This document shows, in pieces, positions 35,499 through 48,375 of a DNA stretch of 64,000 nucleotides. The position numbers and the translations under genes were made by a program. Source of the DNA: Podarcis filfolensis (lineage: Eukaryota); the NCBI GenBank assembly GCA_964270895.1, contig OZ185436.1; one strand, 5' to 3'. The notes beneath the pieces were generated by a model. It was not told the origin of the DNA. It did not search any database and was given only the letters and a program-made list of their open reading frames with translations. Numbering within the stretch: the stretch's first letter is position 1; the number at the start of each line of letters is the position of its first letter.

Positions 35499-37795
35499 CT
35501 AGAGGGGGAAAACAAGTACAACAAATATGAGTAAGCATGGAATTCTATCTGAGAAATATGGAATATCTGAACCATGGAATTCTGTCTGAGAAAGAGACGT
35601 TATAATCCAGTTTTGTTTTTAACCACTTGGCTGGTCACCATAGGTGACCAGGAATTTCACAATCGGGGGGGGGGGGGTACCAAAAAAGAGATTAACTCCG
35701 CCTCTGGCAGCCCACTGCATTTCTATGCTGTGTGTGGAGGAGGGTACTTTGCATCCTCCCCGCCTATAAATCTGGGATCTGTTAGGCCCAAGGAACCACT
35801 GGATTCTGAGAGCCCCACAGCAGTAATAGTCAACCAAGACAGATGACAACAGTGGAAAAGTCTAGGCTCAGTGTAACTTCTTTGGAAGTCTAATTGCCTG
35901 TTGACATCAAAGAGACTTATTTTCTTGATGCAGAGAGTGACTACCCTAATGTTATTTGTTGGTAACAGGGACACTTTGGTAAGAGGCGGAGAAACATCTG
36001 TGACATGGCGAATAACGAATTCTTTACAACCTTGGAGATGGTGGAATGTGCTTACAAAGGCATAAGAAGATGAAGAGACATTGGTGACACTTTACAGCAG
36101 AAGAACTGTGGGGCACCCATAAAAGACTGAATAATCTACAAATCCACTTGCTGACTCCGTACCCAAAATGACATAAAAGGTGAAAAAAGTTGACCCAATC
36201 TCTATTCAGACTCACTTCCAGAAAGCCTTACATTTCACCCCATTTCATTCATTTGTTTTTATTTCCTAGTTTTATTCCCTGCCTCCTGTCTTGCCTCCTT
36301 TTTGCTGTTCCAGTTCACAAAAAGGATCTTTTATTCACCCTTTCCTCCCCTGCACCCTCAGCACTGCATTGTTGGTTATGGACTTTACTCTGCAACACGG
36401 AGTTTTTCAATGATCAGGAAACTTAGAAGGGTTTTGAAAAAGCAAACACATCAATCTGAGCTGCAAGGAGTTATAGGCTTAGGATGCCTTTCAAATTGCT
36501 TTGACTGATTGCTTTGTCAATGCCATTATTATGCTGGTTCCTATTAAGTTCCTATCTCTGATTCTCATACTGCCTGAATTCATGTTTTGTTATTTCTGTA
36601 CTGCAGACCTGCAATGTTAATTCCCTACTGTTCCCGTGTTGAGCATTTTGGATCAATAAACCATTTAATTTGCTTCTGCTACGATCTTGAGCCTCTGGTC
36701 CTTCTCGCTAGTTACACTTTACTCACTGGGGTGCAAGCGGGAACACAGATTAATACTGCCCTGTGGAGAAACCAAGCAGGATGCTGGTGGAAGCACTTCA
36801 TCTCCCGCTGGCCCCAGAAAGTGATGCTCCCTCCTGAATATCCCAGCACAGAAAGCAAGAGAGCTGATAGCAGAGGACAGAGCGTGCCTTCCTTCTGCTG
36901 CCAGTATTCTGTATTTCTTTGCTGGACACTCAGCAGACAAACCTCCTGCACACCTAGCAAAGAAATATAGTAAGCCAGTGGCAAATGGAAAAGCCATTCT
37001 CTAACTCCTCTGCTTGGTTCCTACGCTAGATGAACAGGACACCCCCACCACATGTCCAGCATAGAAACACAGGGAGATGGAGGAGAAGGGACAAAGCAAT
37101 ATGTGCTTTGTCATTAGCATGCTTGGTTTCTACGTGTTGGGTATGCAGTAGGTGAAGCTCTTTTCTGTGTGATGGAGATAGAACCCAAATGGGCCTGTGG
37201 AGGAAGGAGGAATCACTCATTTCTAGCCTTCATAGCCTTCAGAATGTTTCCCATGCCTGCTTTTCACTCATAAGAGAGGCAGACAAAGGAGCGATGGCGT
37301 GCTCTGTACATCCAAACGCAGGCCCTCCTAAGAGTAAAAAACAGGCTAGTACCTGGGGGGTGGGTGGAGTAACTTACAAGGCTGTGATAATATAATGAGG
37401 ACAACAGTTATTGGACTTGAACCTACTCTCATTCCACTGGCTCATAAGGAAGACCCCTTATAGATATGAGGATTAGACAGAATAAAACTTAAGATGAATC
37501 ACTACATTCACACAAGAAAAATACAATGAATACGCCGATGTTTCAAAACACCATCAGCTTTTAAACGATTCCGAAAAGGATTGATGTCTACATCACACTA
37601 AGCTGGGGAGGGGAACCTGCAGTTCTTGCTTGAATAAAACTCCCATAAATCTCTGGCTGTTGGTTATGTTGGCTGGGGCTGGTGGAAATTGGAATCCAAC
37701 AACATCCTTGGGGTGGTGGGGGGAGAGAAGCATAGGACCTTTCTGACTCACAGATATATATTTATCCATTACAGTTCTATTCAGAGAGAGACTTA

Positions 37796-38020
<225 letters not shown>

Positions 38021-38369
38021 CTATCACCACTCCAAGTTTCCTGATAAAATATGCCATACTTCTCTTTTGAGAAAGCTGCAAGGAACAAAATAGCATGCAT
38101 ATGATGAACAGATTCTGTACATGTTTTCCAATGAAGCTCTGCCAACACTTACAAAAAGGAGACTTACCAGGGCACCTGATTTTCATTTATCCCCAATACT
38201 TCTGCACCTTATCCCATTTGGTTCTGAAGTTCTCAGGAGCAGCTTTATTGGGGTGCCATTGGAAGCTTATCAGAGTAGTGAGGATTAAGAAAAACCTGAT
38301 GCAGAATTGTTTTCTGATAATGCAGCACCACTGCATACAACCCACTTAGACATGCAAATTTCTCATTTA

Positions 38370-38705
<336 letters not shown>

Positions 38706-39084
38706 TTACAAATGTTGGAAAGGCTGTGTTGTCTTATTGCCAATTTGTATGCATTTAGGAACAATAAAATCTTAATTTGCACTTATTTGTTCTCCTAGGG
38801 TAAAATTAGGAAATGAAAACTAAAAGCATAAAAAGTGAGAAGTATGACTATGTCTATGCCTTATGTCTTCACTGCTGTCTTATCTTTTTCACCTCCCTGT
38901 TCTATCATTATGCAGAAAAATTCTGATAGCCCAGAAAAAAGGAAAAGAAAGAACACCCTTTAGCCCATTAGGTTGGGAAATGAAGCTGCCAGGAATCTAG
39001 AAGCACTGACAACTCCTCCTATCCCAAAATTATAACCCTATCTGGAATGTGAAAGCTTAACAGCAGTCATTACTCAAGCATTTA

Positions 39085-39655
39085 TTTTCTTTTTTAAAAA
39101 TTACATTCATTAAAAATATCAGAGACGCTTACAACAATCATACACAAAACCATACACTAAAAACCCTATCAAAAAGTAAAAATCAGAAATCAGCTCACTA
39201 TTGTGGAAAGATGTATTCTTAATTGCCTGCATAAGCCTGGTGGAATAGAAAGGTTTTCAGCAGGCATTTATAAGTTGGCACAGAAGGCACCTGCTGAATC
39301 TCTGTTGGTAGAGGATGCCACAATACCAGGCCAATGACACTACAGGCAGAGTTTCTTCTTGTTGTCAAATGAGTGTCACCAAATGGGGGAATGATCAACA
39401 AGGCTCCTGCTGATGATTTCAGTGACTGAGCTAAGATATAATGGTTCAGGTGATCCATGAGGTAGCTTTGACCAGAGTTGTTCCGGGCTTTGTAAATTAA
39501 TACAAGGACCTTAAACCTGGCTCTATAGCAGATGGGCAGCAGGTGCAACTGTTTTAACAATGATGTCATATATTGTTGGCCAGATGCTCTCTTGCTGCAT
39601 TCAGCACCAGTTGGAGCTTCCAAACCTGGTCCTAGGGCAACCCCACATCGCAAGT
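39085..39655 (-). mobile_element. L2 LINE ORF2 C-terminus plus 3' UTR
   Basis: ORF 39219-39653 reads LKQLHLLPICYRARFKVLVLIYKA...LWHPLPTEI...LKTFLFHQA. Confidence 0.9.
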
Positions 39656-40105
39656 GTTACAGAAACCCGACTTCATGATTACCAACACATGGGTTACAGC
39701 ATGGAGTATAGCTGGTGAAATGGATAGGGTTGTTTCCAACTATCTCCTCTTGGTTTGTGAAAGGCTCTTTGCTCCAGGGGAGGGATGTGGTTGTTGCACT
39801 TTCCCCTTTCTCCCACTGCACTACCACCCATGCTATTTGAGAGTTCCCCAACCCACTGGATCAGACTTTTCCCCTCAAGGGAGAGCAGAAGGAAGGAAAC
39901 AATCAATGAAAATATCTCTTCCATTCATAGAAGCCTCTGCTAGATTGAAGAGCCTTCTGTGAGCAGAGGGACACAATGGCTAGAGTCCATTATGTTCAGA
40001 AAATTAAACAAGGAAACCCTGTGGTGCATCTGGAGATGTCCCAAGTCTGATGAAAATGTATACAAGTTTCCCAGGCATCAACAATTACAATTAAAGTATA
40101 CATAC

Positions 40106-40208
40106 CGTGAATAAACATCATTTTAGGGCAGTCTTTCAGCACTAGATCTGTTATGCCACAATTTGTCAAAGTGATCCCAACAAGGTTTTTTGATTTCAGT
40201 GTAAGAAC
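40106..40208 (-). CDS. FBXO38: FBXO38 exon 17: [34 protein letters not shown]
   Basis: 103 nt, CAG/GTATGT, phase 0-1. Confidence 0.97.
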
Positions 40209-40718
40209 CTGGAGAAATTAATTTTCAAAATTAAAGACCACTACATGAACCACACACATACAGACAAACAAAACATTTACCAATGGTGGTGAAATCGGGG
40301 CAACTAGCATCTTCTGCAGAGTGTGAGCAACATCATAACATAATGATGTGGAAATATTTGACGGGACTCAAGCAGGATGGTTAAAGGGATCGACTGACAT
40401 ACCATTCTACTAGAGGAACTTCTTCCTCCTTGCCTGCTGGTCTTTAGCAGCAAAGATACTCAGACTACAAGCCAGATATGCACTGCACACAAAGAACTTG
40501 CAGTAAATTCTGTTGAAATGAAACCGAAGAATTTGCTTGCTATCCCCTTAAGACAGAATGTGATTTTTCAGTTTGACAGTGCCCTTTTAAAAAAATACAG
40601 TCAATTGCGGAGTAGACCTTGAACCAAAACATTTTCTGCAGCATTTAGGGGCATTCATCCATCTAGGCTGTCAGCAAGATGGCACAGGTTTCCAGCTTGG
40701 GGCTCAAAAAGGCCTTAC

Positions 40719-40819
40719 CTGGATATGGTCATCCTCAATCACAGGATCGCTGGTGCTTGTGGACTTGTCGGCCGTCCGTTTTCGCTTCACTGAATGCCTG
40801 GGCTTTGGTTTGGTCGCTT
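40719..40819 (-). CDS. FBXO38: FBXO38 exon 16: [34 protein letters not shown] (basic NLS-like KRKR)
   Basis: 101 nt, CAG/GTAAGG, phase 1-0. Confidence 0.96.
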
Positions 40820-41010
40820 CTGGGAACAAAAACAAATGAATAAAAGATTGGACATTTCTTATTTGTGAGCAGCTGTAACAGGAATTGCAGAGTCATTGTG
40901 AATGGTTTCTTAGATTAATGAGGGTCTTGGAAGTAGCTGGCCTGCAGTGTTTAGTAATTGTTGTTATTTTCGGTTTATACTGAATACATTTTGCTACACT
41001 TATATATTGT

Positions 41011-41012
<2 letters not shown>

Positions 41013-41049
<37 letters not shown>

Positions 41050-41066
41050 ACATACACACACACACA
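41013..41066. repeat. (TG)17 abutting a (CA)-rich tract
   Basis: Direct reading. Confidence 0.95.
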
Positions 41067-42819
41067 AACAAAATCCAAATAAGCATATGTTCAACTATCT
41101 AAGTTTGATAAAGAGGTCCTGGAGCACACAAAAACTTGCACAGTACTTCATGTCATTTGGGCTGAACTAATGAACGCCTTGCCCTCATGTAGATTTTGGA
41201 ATTGCTCTAGGACTGTAACCTGAAGCATATTTAGCAGAAAAAAAGCCTTAACTGGGCTCAGTGGAACTTACACCAAAGTGAAACATGGTGAGGTTCAGGC
41301 GGTGGTAGGACTTACAACAGCGCAAACAAATAGTGTTAAACCCTTAAGGTTGGGTTGAGATCTGCCCCTCTGCGAACAAAGGCTCATTTTAAAGGATCCC
41401 CCAAGTATCCAGAACAGTTTCTGGGAGGCAAGGAATAAGAGCCCTCAGAACAAAGATGCCTCCCACCCTACTGCCAGTGGGAGCATCTTGCTAAATGAAT
41501 TCCACTTATCTAAACTCTAGCTCCAGCCTCTAGCTTTGAATCATCTACCTATGTAAGTCTGAAACTACTTCTACCACTGCAGGAAAATACAAAGCCTTAG
41601 TAGTCCAGCGGATTACAAAAATAAAATATTTGTCTAAATAGTGGTTTAGATGAAGACATGAAAAGACTTAGTTCCTCGTGGTATTTTTTTCAGATATTGT
41701 TGAAAGGTTATAAAAAACCATTAAAACAAAATATAAACAACCAATGTGGTTGGATGGTGTGAAAGGGGCACAGCTGAGAAGGGAAAGTTCGGTATTAGGA
41801 CCTATGCGCTCTTTCTGTTTAGATTCGCGTCCAATGCATATTTACCCTGGGTCTGCACACCTGCAGGGAAGTGACATTTACAGGAGCTCTGCTCACTGAA
41901 GCAGACAAGAGAAGGGGACATGCGGCATAAATATCATCTCCCTGCCTGCATACAGCAAGGAAGAAGAAAAACGGTTTGAGAATTGCAGTGCTTGGAGAAG
42001 TCATTGTACTTTTAGCACCCCAGGAAGGGGGGGGGGGGAGATGGACTACACTACTTAAAAATAACAACCACAGAAACACAGTTCATTGAAGAAATAATAA
42101 TTTAGGATTCCTAATTTCCTTAGAATTACAATACATCCTTCCTTTGGGTAATAAGGAAGCACATAGGAAATATACTTGGGCACTAATTTTGCTGAGTAAC
42201 TTTTGATAAGTGTGTCTTCAATAGGAAAACTTGGGCATGGGACACAGCTGATGATATGCTGTGCATCATGTCTCCCTTTTTCTCTTTTATTGTACAACAG
42301 GATATTTTAATGCCACCACCGTCACAGATGTGTCTGTGGAGGGGATATATTGATTGAAAATGTACTGTAACTTTTGAATAAATGTTTATTTATTTTAAAA
42401 AGTCTATTTCTCAGTTCGCCTTTGGCTCAGCCTTGTTGAAGTCTGCAGGGCCCCTGCAGAACAAGGTCAACAGGCACCACACTCAGATGGCCAGAAAATG
42501 TCAGTAAAAAAAGCACTGTGGTTACAGATACACACCATTCAAAAACAAGTCTTATAATTGGGATATTACATGAAACAAATTCAATAGGTGAAAAAGAAAA
42601 AGAGTTGCTCAGAGGAATACAGCCACTTTTATCTAGATTTTATATAGCTTTGAATGATTAGGGTTGTTTTACTTAATATGTGATGGAGAAGAAAAAAACA
42701 ACATTTTGATGGATTCTGTCCAAAGAGATCTCAAAAAGGCAACTAGATTGTTTTAGCGAATATTTAATTCACTAAAATACAGCCATCAGCAACCTCAGTT
42801 TTTACAGTCTTCATTTGCT

Positions 42820-43400
42820 AAATATTTCTTTTCTCTCTCTCCAAATAATCTTTATTAGTTTTCCGGTTACACACTCCACATACACATAATGTGTTGCATT
42901 TTACATTTATACTTACTCCTAAGCGCTGACTTCCTTCCTTCCTTCTGGTTTTTTTTATATCACATATAATTTTATCACATTATTTTCATCCATTTTGTAT
43001 ATTGTTATTCATTTTCCATATTTGTCCATAGTATATCCATAAACAAATAAATCCTCCTGTTTATACAATTCTTGTTGTCTGTCTGTATTCATTTACAACT
43101 ACTGTTAGTTATATTACCGGTAATCTCCTTATACATTTTGCTTATTATTTTCATTATCCATCACTTTTCTTAATCTTTCCCGTTATGAGGTTTATTTCCA
43201 ATTCTACTGGTTTCACTATTTCATCTTATCTTTCCTATATATGGCATAATTTTTTCCCATTCTTTTTGAAATGTTTCCTTTCCCTGCTGTCTAATTTTCC
43301 CTGTTATATGCAGGGAATAAGCAGAAATAGCCATTTGCTAAATATTTCAATAAATGTTAAGTTAAAAGAAGTGCAGAATAATTTCAAAGCATGAATTTCC
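42820..43400 (-). mobile_element. L1-like LINE 3' end
   Basis: The - strand encodes TGKIRQQGKETFQKEWEKIMPYI* (squamate L1 ORF2 end), then an AT-rich UTR with AATAAA. Confidence 0.7.
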
Positions 43401-44171
43401 TTTGCATTTCTTTTTTAAAAAAATAAAAATAAAAACCCACCTAAATACAGCACCCTTCAGATGTTGGGGGACTCTCACCCCCCCATCAACCACAATCATC
43501 AAAGCTAATGGGAGCTGGGGCCCAACAACATTTGGAGGGCACAATGTTGGCTCTCTCAGAATTACAGACAACATGTAAGAAGTTATTTTGATTAGGGAAA
43601 CCTCTAGCTTAGGTTGTAATAAAATTAATAGACCTTAATCATTAAATAACAAACAATCATTAAATAGTCACTAAACCAAGTGAGGTTTAGTGACTATTGT
43701 TTTTCAGTTTTAATAACCAATATTTTTCTTTAGGTTACCATCACCCTTTTCCTCCCACCATATAAAACAGCAGTGATCCTTTCAACACTCCGAGAAAAGG
43801 AGCAAATCTCAATATTTCATGTATCGATGCTGAACAAAATTAATTATTTTAACTACTATAATTCAAAGTACTTAAAGCAAAGAATACGAAACTGATAATT
43901 TCTGAAATATATGTGTATGTGTGTGTGTGTGTTCTTGGTATAAGCTTTCGTGTGCAAATTCTTCCCACTCCCCCAAAGTAATTTTACTCTTGGAAAACAA
44001 ACCAAAGACCTGCGAAAGCAAGACGTGCCTCACCAAATAAGCACTTGAATTTTGGAGGGTAAAATGAAGGGAAGCCTTAGACTATGGAGGCAGAATGAAC
44101 ATGAGTACACATGTGCTTACGCTGTTACTTTCAAACAAAACATGCAGTAGGATTGCCATATTACATGTTGT

Positions 44172-44192
44172 CAACAACAACAACAACAACAA
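44172..44192. repeat. (CAA)7 microsatellite
   Basis: Direct reading. Confidence 0.95.
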
Positions 44193-46062
44193 CGGGAAAC
44201 TCCACCCATCAATCATTCAAAGTGGGTAGACAAAATGCATTACAGGATAATTAATTCACATTAAGAAACGTGCACTATCGCTTAAAGGTACACATATGTA
44301 GTTGCATGTTGGTATGGCAGAATGTGCCCCAAAGGTCAACAGAATGTTAACTTGGGATGAATGTAGGCCTACTGCTGCAGTGAGCAGAAGCAGAAATGCA
44401 ACATGATCTTCCCAACTGCTTTGCACACACATGAACATCAATATGACCAGGGCCAACAAGTTACAATTTGAGGCCACCTGGACACCCTAAGGGGCAGCAT
44501 CTTGCTCCCAAACGTAAGCTGCATCTCTGAAAAGTAGCATGAGATCTGGCACAAACCAAAGCTGGTGATGGGTAGTGGAAGTGTGTTAGCTTTCCCTGCC
44601 TTTTTGCCTGCTGGGTCATGACAACGTACCTTCCGCCATTCCTCTTCTACTCAGAGCTGTATGGAGCAACAAAAGCTTGTCTCGGCCTCTACCAGGTAGC
44701 TGGAACCTCAGGGCAGCTCTAAGGGACAAGCTTTCTCTATGCCCTTCCAGCTCAGTCTCTGCCTGCTTGGTGGCTGAAGCTCCACCTCCTCAACAGGCGC
44801 AGAGAAAAAGCAACCATGCCTATGTCACAGCGGGAGCCATCCTCTGAGCCAATCTGATTGATAGCGTCACTCGACTGGTGTCTTGCGAATGAGTCTTTCT
44901 GGGTGAAAGACTCTGACCTTAGTTGATGATCTCCCAAACCGGAAAGAATCACCTTGAATTGGAAGTCATTATCTGGTCTTGCTATGTTTAAGGGAAACTG
45001 CTCTGAGAAGAAGTATGCAGCAAGAAAAATATCTCTTCTGATAGGAACGACTGAAAATGAATGATTTCCTGGAATCTAACGGGTTTTTGACAAGCACACA
45101 TTTAGGAGCGAGTCTGAATCAGTCCTGCCTTTAATCAGGTTAAGGAATAGCGATCCTTTTGATTTAATTTTGCTTGGAGTTATATTACCTTGTGATTATA
45201 GGATAAATGGAATAGAGAGAGAAGTAATTATTATTTTTTTATAAAACTGTTCTAGAATATATGACTTTTGCACTGCTCTCATTAAATATGTTCCTAAATT
45301 TCTTGCAATTATTTTAACCATGTTTTATGTAAATATATATTTTTGTAATGGGAGCTGGGTGACAAGTCTGCTGAACCTACCATTTATGTGCCAAACAAAG
45401 CCTCAGCAGAAGGTTGCTCCCTCTCATGGGTGAAATACCAGTTAAGCCCTGATTCCTGGAACTAACTCCTAACTGGAAGGTATTCATAAAAACTTCCTGA
45501 AAGCGGCTATAAATGTGGCATCTGCACCGATCTAATGCAGTTCCGAGCCAGAAGTTTCTTTTTGCTCTCTGCTTACACTCAGCAACGCTCCCAGTCTCCA
45601 GCTCAAGAACTGGAAGGAAGACTTGGACTTGTTCTGCATCCCAGAGCCTGGATGGGCCATCACCTAAGATGGCTGCACCCAGCATAGAACTGCTCTACGC
45701 TTTCAAAAAACATATACCAGAAACAATATGATTTAGGTGTGGTGAGAAGTTTCAAAGGCTTATGTGATCACAGAATCCAGTCAATATTCACCAAGTAGCT
45801 ATCAGTAAGCTTATGTTTTCATTTTGAAAGCAGGCTTCAAATCAGTTTATAAGTATTTGTATTTCAAGGAATCTCCCCCCACAAAAAAATACTCTCTCAA
45901 AGAGCCAGTGCTCAATTATCAACACCCAAAACAAACCAACACAAGAACAACAGAGAGAAAATGGCATTTCTGCTCTGACATTACGATAATGTGGCTGGTC
46001 CTCGCCCTTCTTTGACAATAATAGACTGCTTTGATGCAAAACTTGGATAAATGAAACCATAC

Positions 46063-46761
46063 CTGACTGAGACACCAGAGGCACATGGGAAAGTCTGCTT
46101 CTGGCTCTCGTGAGAGGCCTGCGAGGGTAATCTTCATTATATTCCATTTCGTATCTCCCTTGCTGTGAAGGAGGGCTCCGTTCCTCATTAGCAGTCCCAC
46201 AGACTCTCTCATTAGTCCTCCCATTGCTGGCCTCTCCTGAAGAGCCACAGTTTGGTAATGTTCTTAGGGAGAATTCTGCCCCTCTCACATTTGGCCCATT
46301 CATACCACAAGCTCCACTGGTAGATGGGCATTCGCCACCCGAGACGCCATTAGTCCTCCTTTGCTGGTTCTGGGGCATATAGCAGGAACACCTGGAGCAC
46401 AATGGCTTCTCCTCACTGTCCCTCTCGCTGGAGCTTTCACTCTTGCAGAGACACTTCCCAGAGTCCTCTGTTGCTGCGGAGGGAGCGTCACTGCCGCTAT
46501 CAGCCGTTTTCATACCATCTGGGCTTGGAGACGCTGCAGTGTCCGAGGCCCCCGGAGGCCCAGTGCCGCCACCACAACCAGGGTAACAATCCTTGCTTTT
46601 GTTCCTTTCCGCTGTCACGTCACTGGCCGCTTTCATATCCGCTTTAATTTGCTCACTGGTGACCTGACAGCCTTTCTCGCAGCTGCTCTCCTCAGAAAGA
46701 AACAGTTTCACCCGGCTGGCATTGCACCTCTTCCGCAGCGGAGCTTTGCCTTTACCGCTCA
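46063..46761 (-). CDS. FBXO38: FBXO38 exon 15 (large, Ser/Gly-rich): VSGKGKAPLRKR...EDYPRRPLTRARSRLSHVPLVSQS
   Basis: 699 nt inside ORF 45842-46816; CAG/GTATGG; phase 1-1; conserved motifs EESSCEKGCQVTSEQIKADMKAA and RRPLTRARSRLSHV. Confidence 0.96.
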
Positions 46762-46980
46762 CTGCAACAACAACAAGGACGAAAGGGAAGAGAGCTACGA
46801 TGTGATAGAAAGTCATGGAAACGCACCCTGTTAGTTATCAACACACCCCAGACAACCTGGTGAGACACCTGCTGCGACTGTTGCAACATTATTCCAAGCA
46901 GGAAAAGATATTGTGCAGATATGTTGAGTTACTTCACTTACTAGAGGTTCACGCCTTGAATCAGTATGTTTAAGCATATT

Positions 46981-47206
46981 GGGAGGAATTCAACGTAGCA
47001 CTAAGCAGACTGCTCTGTCAGCACAAGCACTTCTACTTGTCTGATGGAGTGATCTGCCCTCTTCTCCCCCTGCCTATGGTTCTGGGGGTTCCTTCCCTGC
47101 CCAGGGCTAACTGGAGGCAGGGTGGGAGGAATGGGGAAGTCTTTTGTGCTAGCAGAAGTCCTTGTGCACACTTCCACCGGTGGCACTACTTAGTTGAATC
47201 TGACCC
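46981..47206. mobile_element. Related non-autonomous DNA element
   Basis: Ends TTAGTTGAATCTGACCC, the reverse complement of the family terminus. Confidence 0.55.
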
Positions 47207-48195
47207 ACTGTACTGCACACAGTCAAGCTGCTCAACAGGCTCAAATTAGTTGTTGCACCTAATTTCTTCTTACGGTAGCTACCTAGTTAACAAGAAACAT
47301 TTACAGCCCTGCCATTTATTTATGAGAATCTTAGTTTTCAAATAATTTCCTTTCTTCCTGGACTAAGTTGTTCAAAAGATATGTTGATAGCGCCCCAACC
47401 CACCCCTGATGCACTTACCCCTCAAGTTTACACTGGCATACTTTTTGACCAGAAGGTACGGCTTGTGGAACAGTAAAATGTCTACAGTATCCTGGCCTCC
47501 TGCCTCATATTTTGCTGATGTGCCTTGTCCCCACTTTAGATTGCAGGGAGGCTGTGCAAGAAAGACACAAGCCGTGAAGAAATAAAGGTAACTGGGATCA
47601 AATCCCTCAGGAATCTGCTAGAGAAATACATTACAGATGCTTAGCCTGTCAAATCTTAGCAAAACATGTGGAAGTTTTCATCCAAAGCTTTTGAAGTTGT
47701 TCAGTCAATTCTGAATGAGCCTACATGCAAAAAGGATTGCAATTCACTTTAGAATTCAATTCCTCATTATGTATGAACTTGGGGGACTGCAGTATAGTCC
47801 AACCACAGAACACAAACCAGAATCAAACTGTTGTACAATTTGGAATTACAAATTGAACCGCAATCCAATTGATGGAAATCACCCAATAACTGTGATCAAA
47901 GGGACTATGAATACCAAGTAGCCTATTTCAATTACAGCAGAGCTCCCTCACACAAGTGGTTTTGGTGGCAACTACACCACCACTGTCAAGTAAGAAGGCA
48001 TCACTCTTGCAGCTGATCTGCAGAAATATGGAAAGAACAACAGAAATGGACATGAGGGAAATCTATCTATCTTTCTAAAGCTGAACCACAACCACTGTGA
48101 ACAACATTCCATAGAAAACTTGTTTGTGCATTTTATGCTTTGTAACACAACAAGGAATATTTTTACGACATGTATGAAGAAGCGAAAATTCTCAC

Positions 48196-48375
48196 CTGAG
48201 GGCTCCCGGATTTCCACTGAATCTCTGACTCTCTCCTCTCCATCTGAGTAATTTTGTGCAATGCTATTTGTAATACAGGATCTTGAGGTGGCTGTATTCT
48301 CATCCTCATCTTCACTGTCTGAGTCATGGACAGTAATAGGTGCTAGCTTTACATTTGGCTGAAGGCCACTGGGCC
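48196..48375 (-). CDS. FBXO38: FBXO38 exon 14: GPSGLQPNVKLAPITVHDSDSEDEDENTATSRSCITNSIAQNYSDGEERVRDSVEIREPS
   Basis: 180 nt, CAG/GTGAGA, phase 1-1. The N-terminal half matches human GPSGLQ...ITVHDSESDDEE. Not in the ORF track. Confidence 0.92.

Noticed and set aside
35960-36130. + strand micro-exon or protein-like frames in FBXO38 intron 19
   Set aside because: All frames are interrupted by stops, no homology was recognised, and it is antisense to the host gene.
41845-41945. Possible cassette exon in FBXO38 intron 15 (TATGCAG| ... |GTAAAT)
   Set aside because: Boundaries are ambiguous, stops occur early, and there is no further support.
45055-45118. C/D snoRNA-like TGA-TGA...CTGA
   Set aside because: Box C does not match RUGAUGA and there is no terminal stem.
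46361-46834. 157-aa + strand ORF
   Set aside because: Antisense shadow of the GC-rich FBXO38 exon 15.
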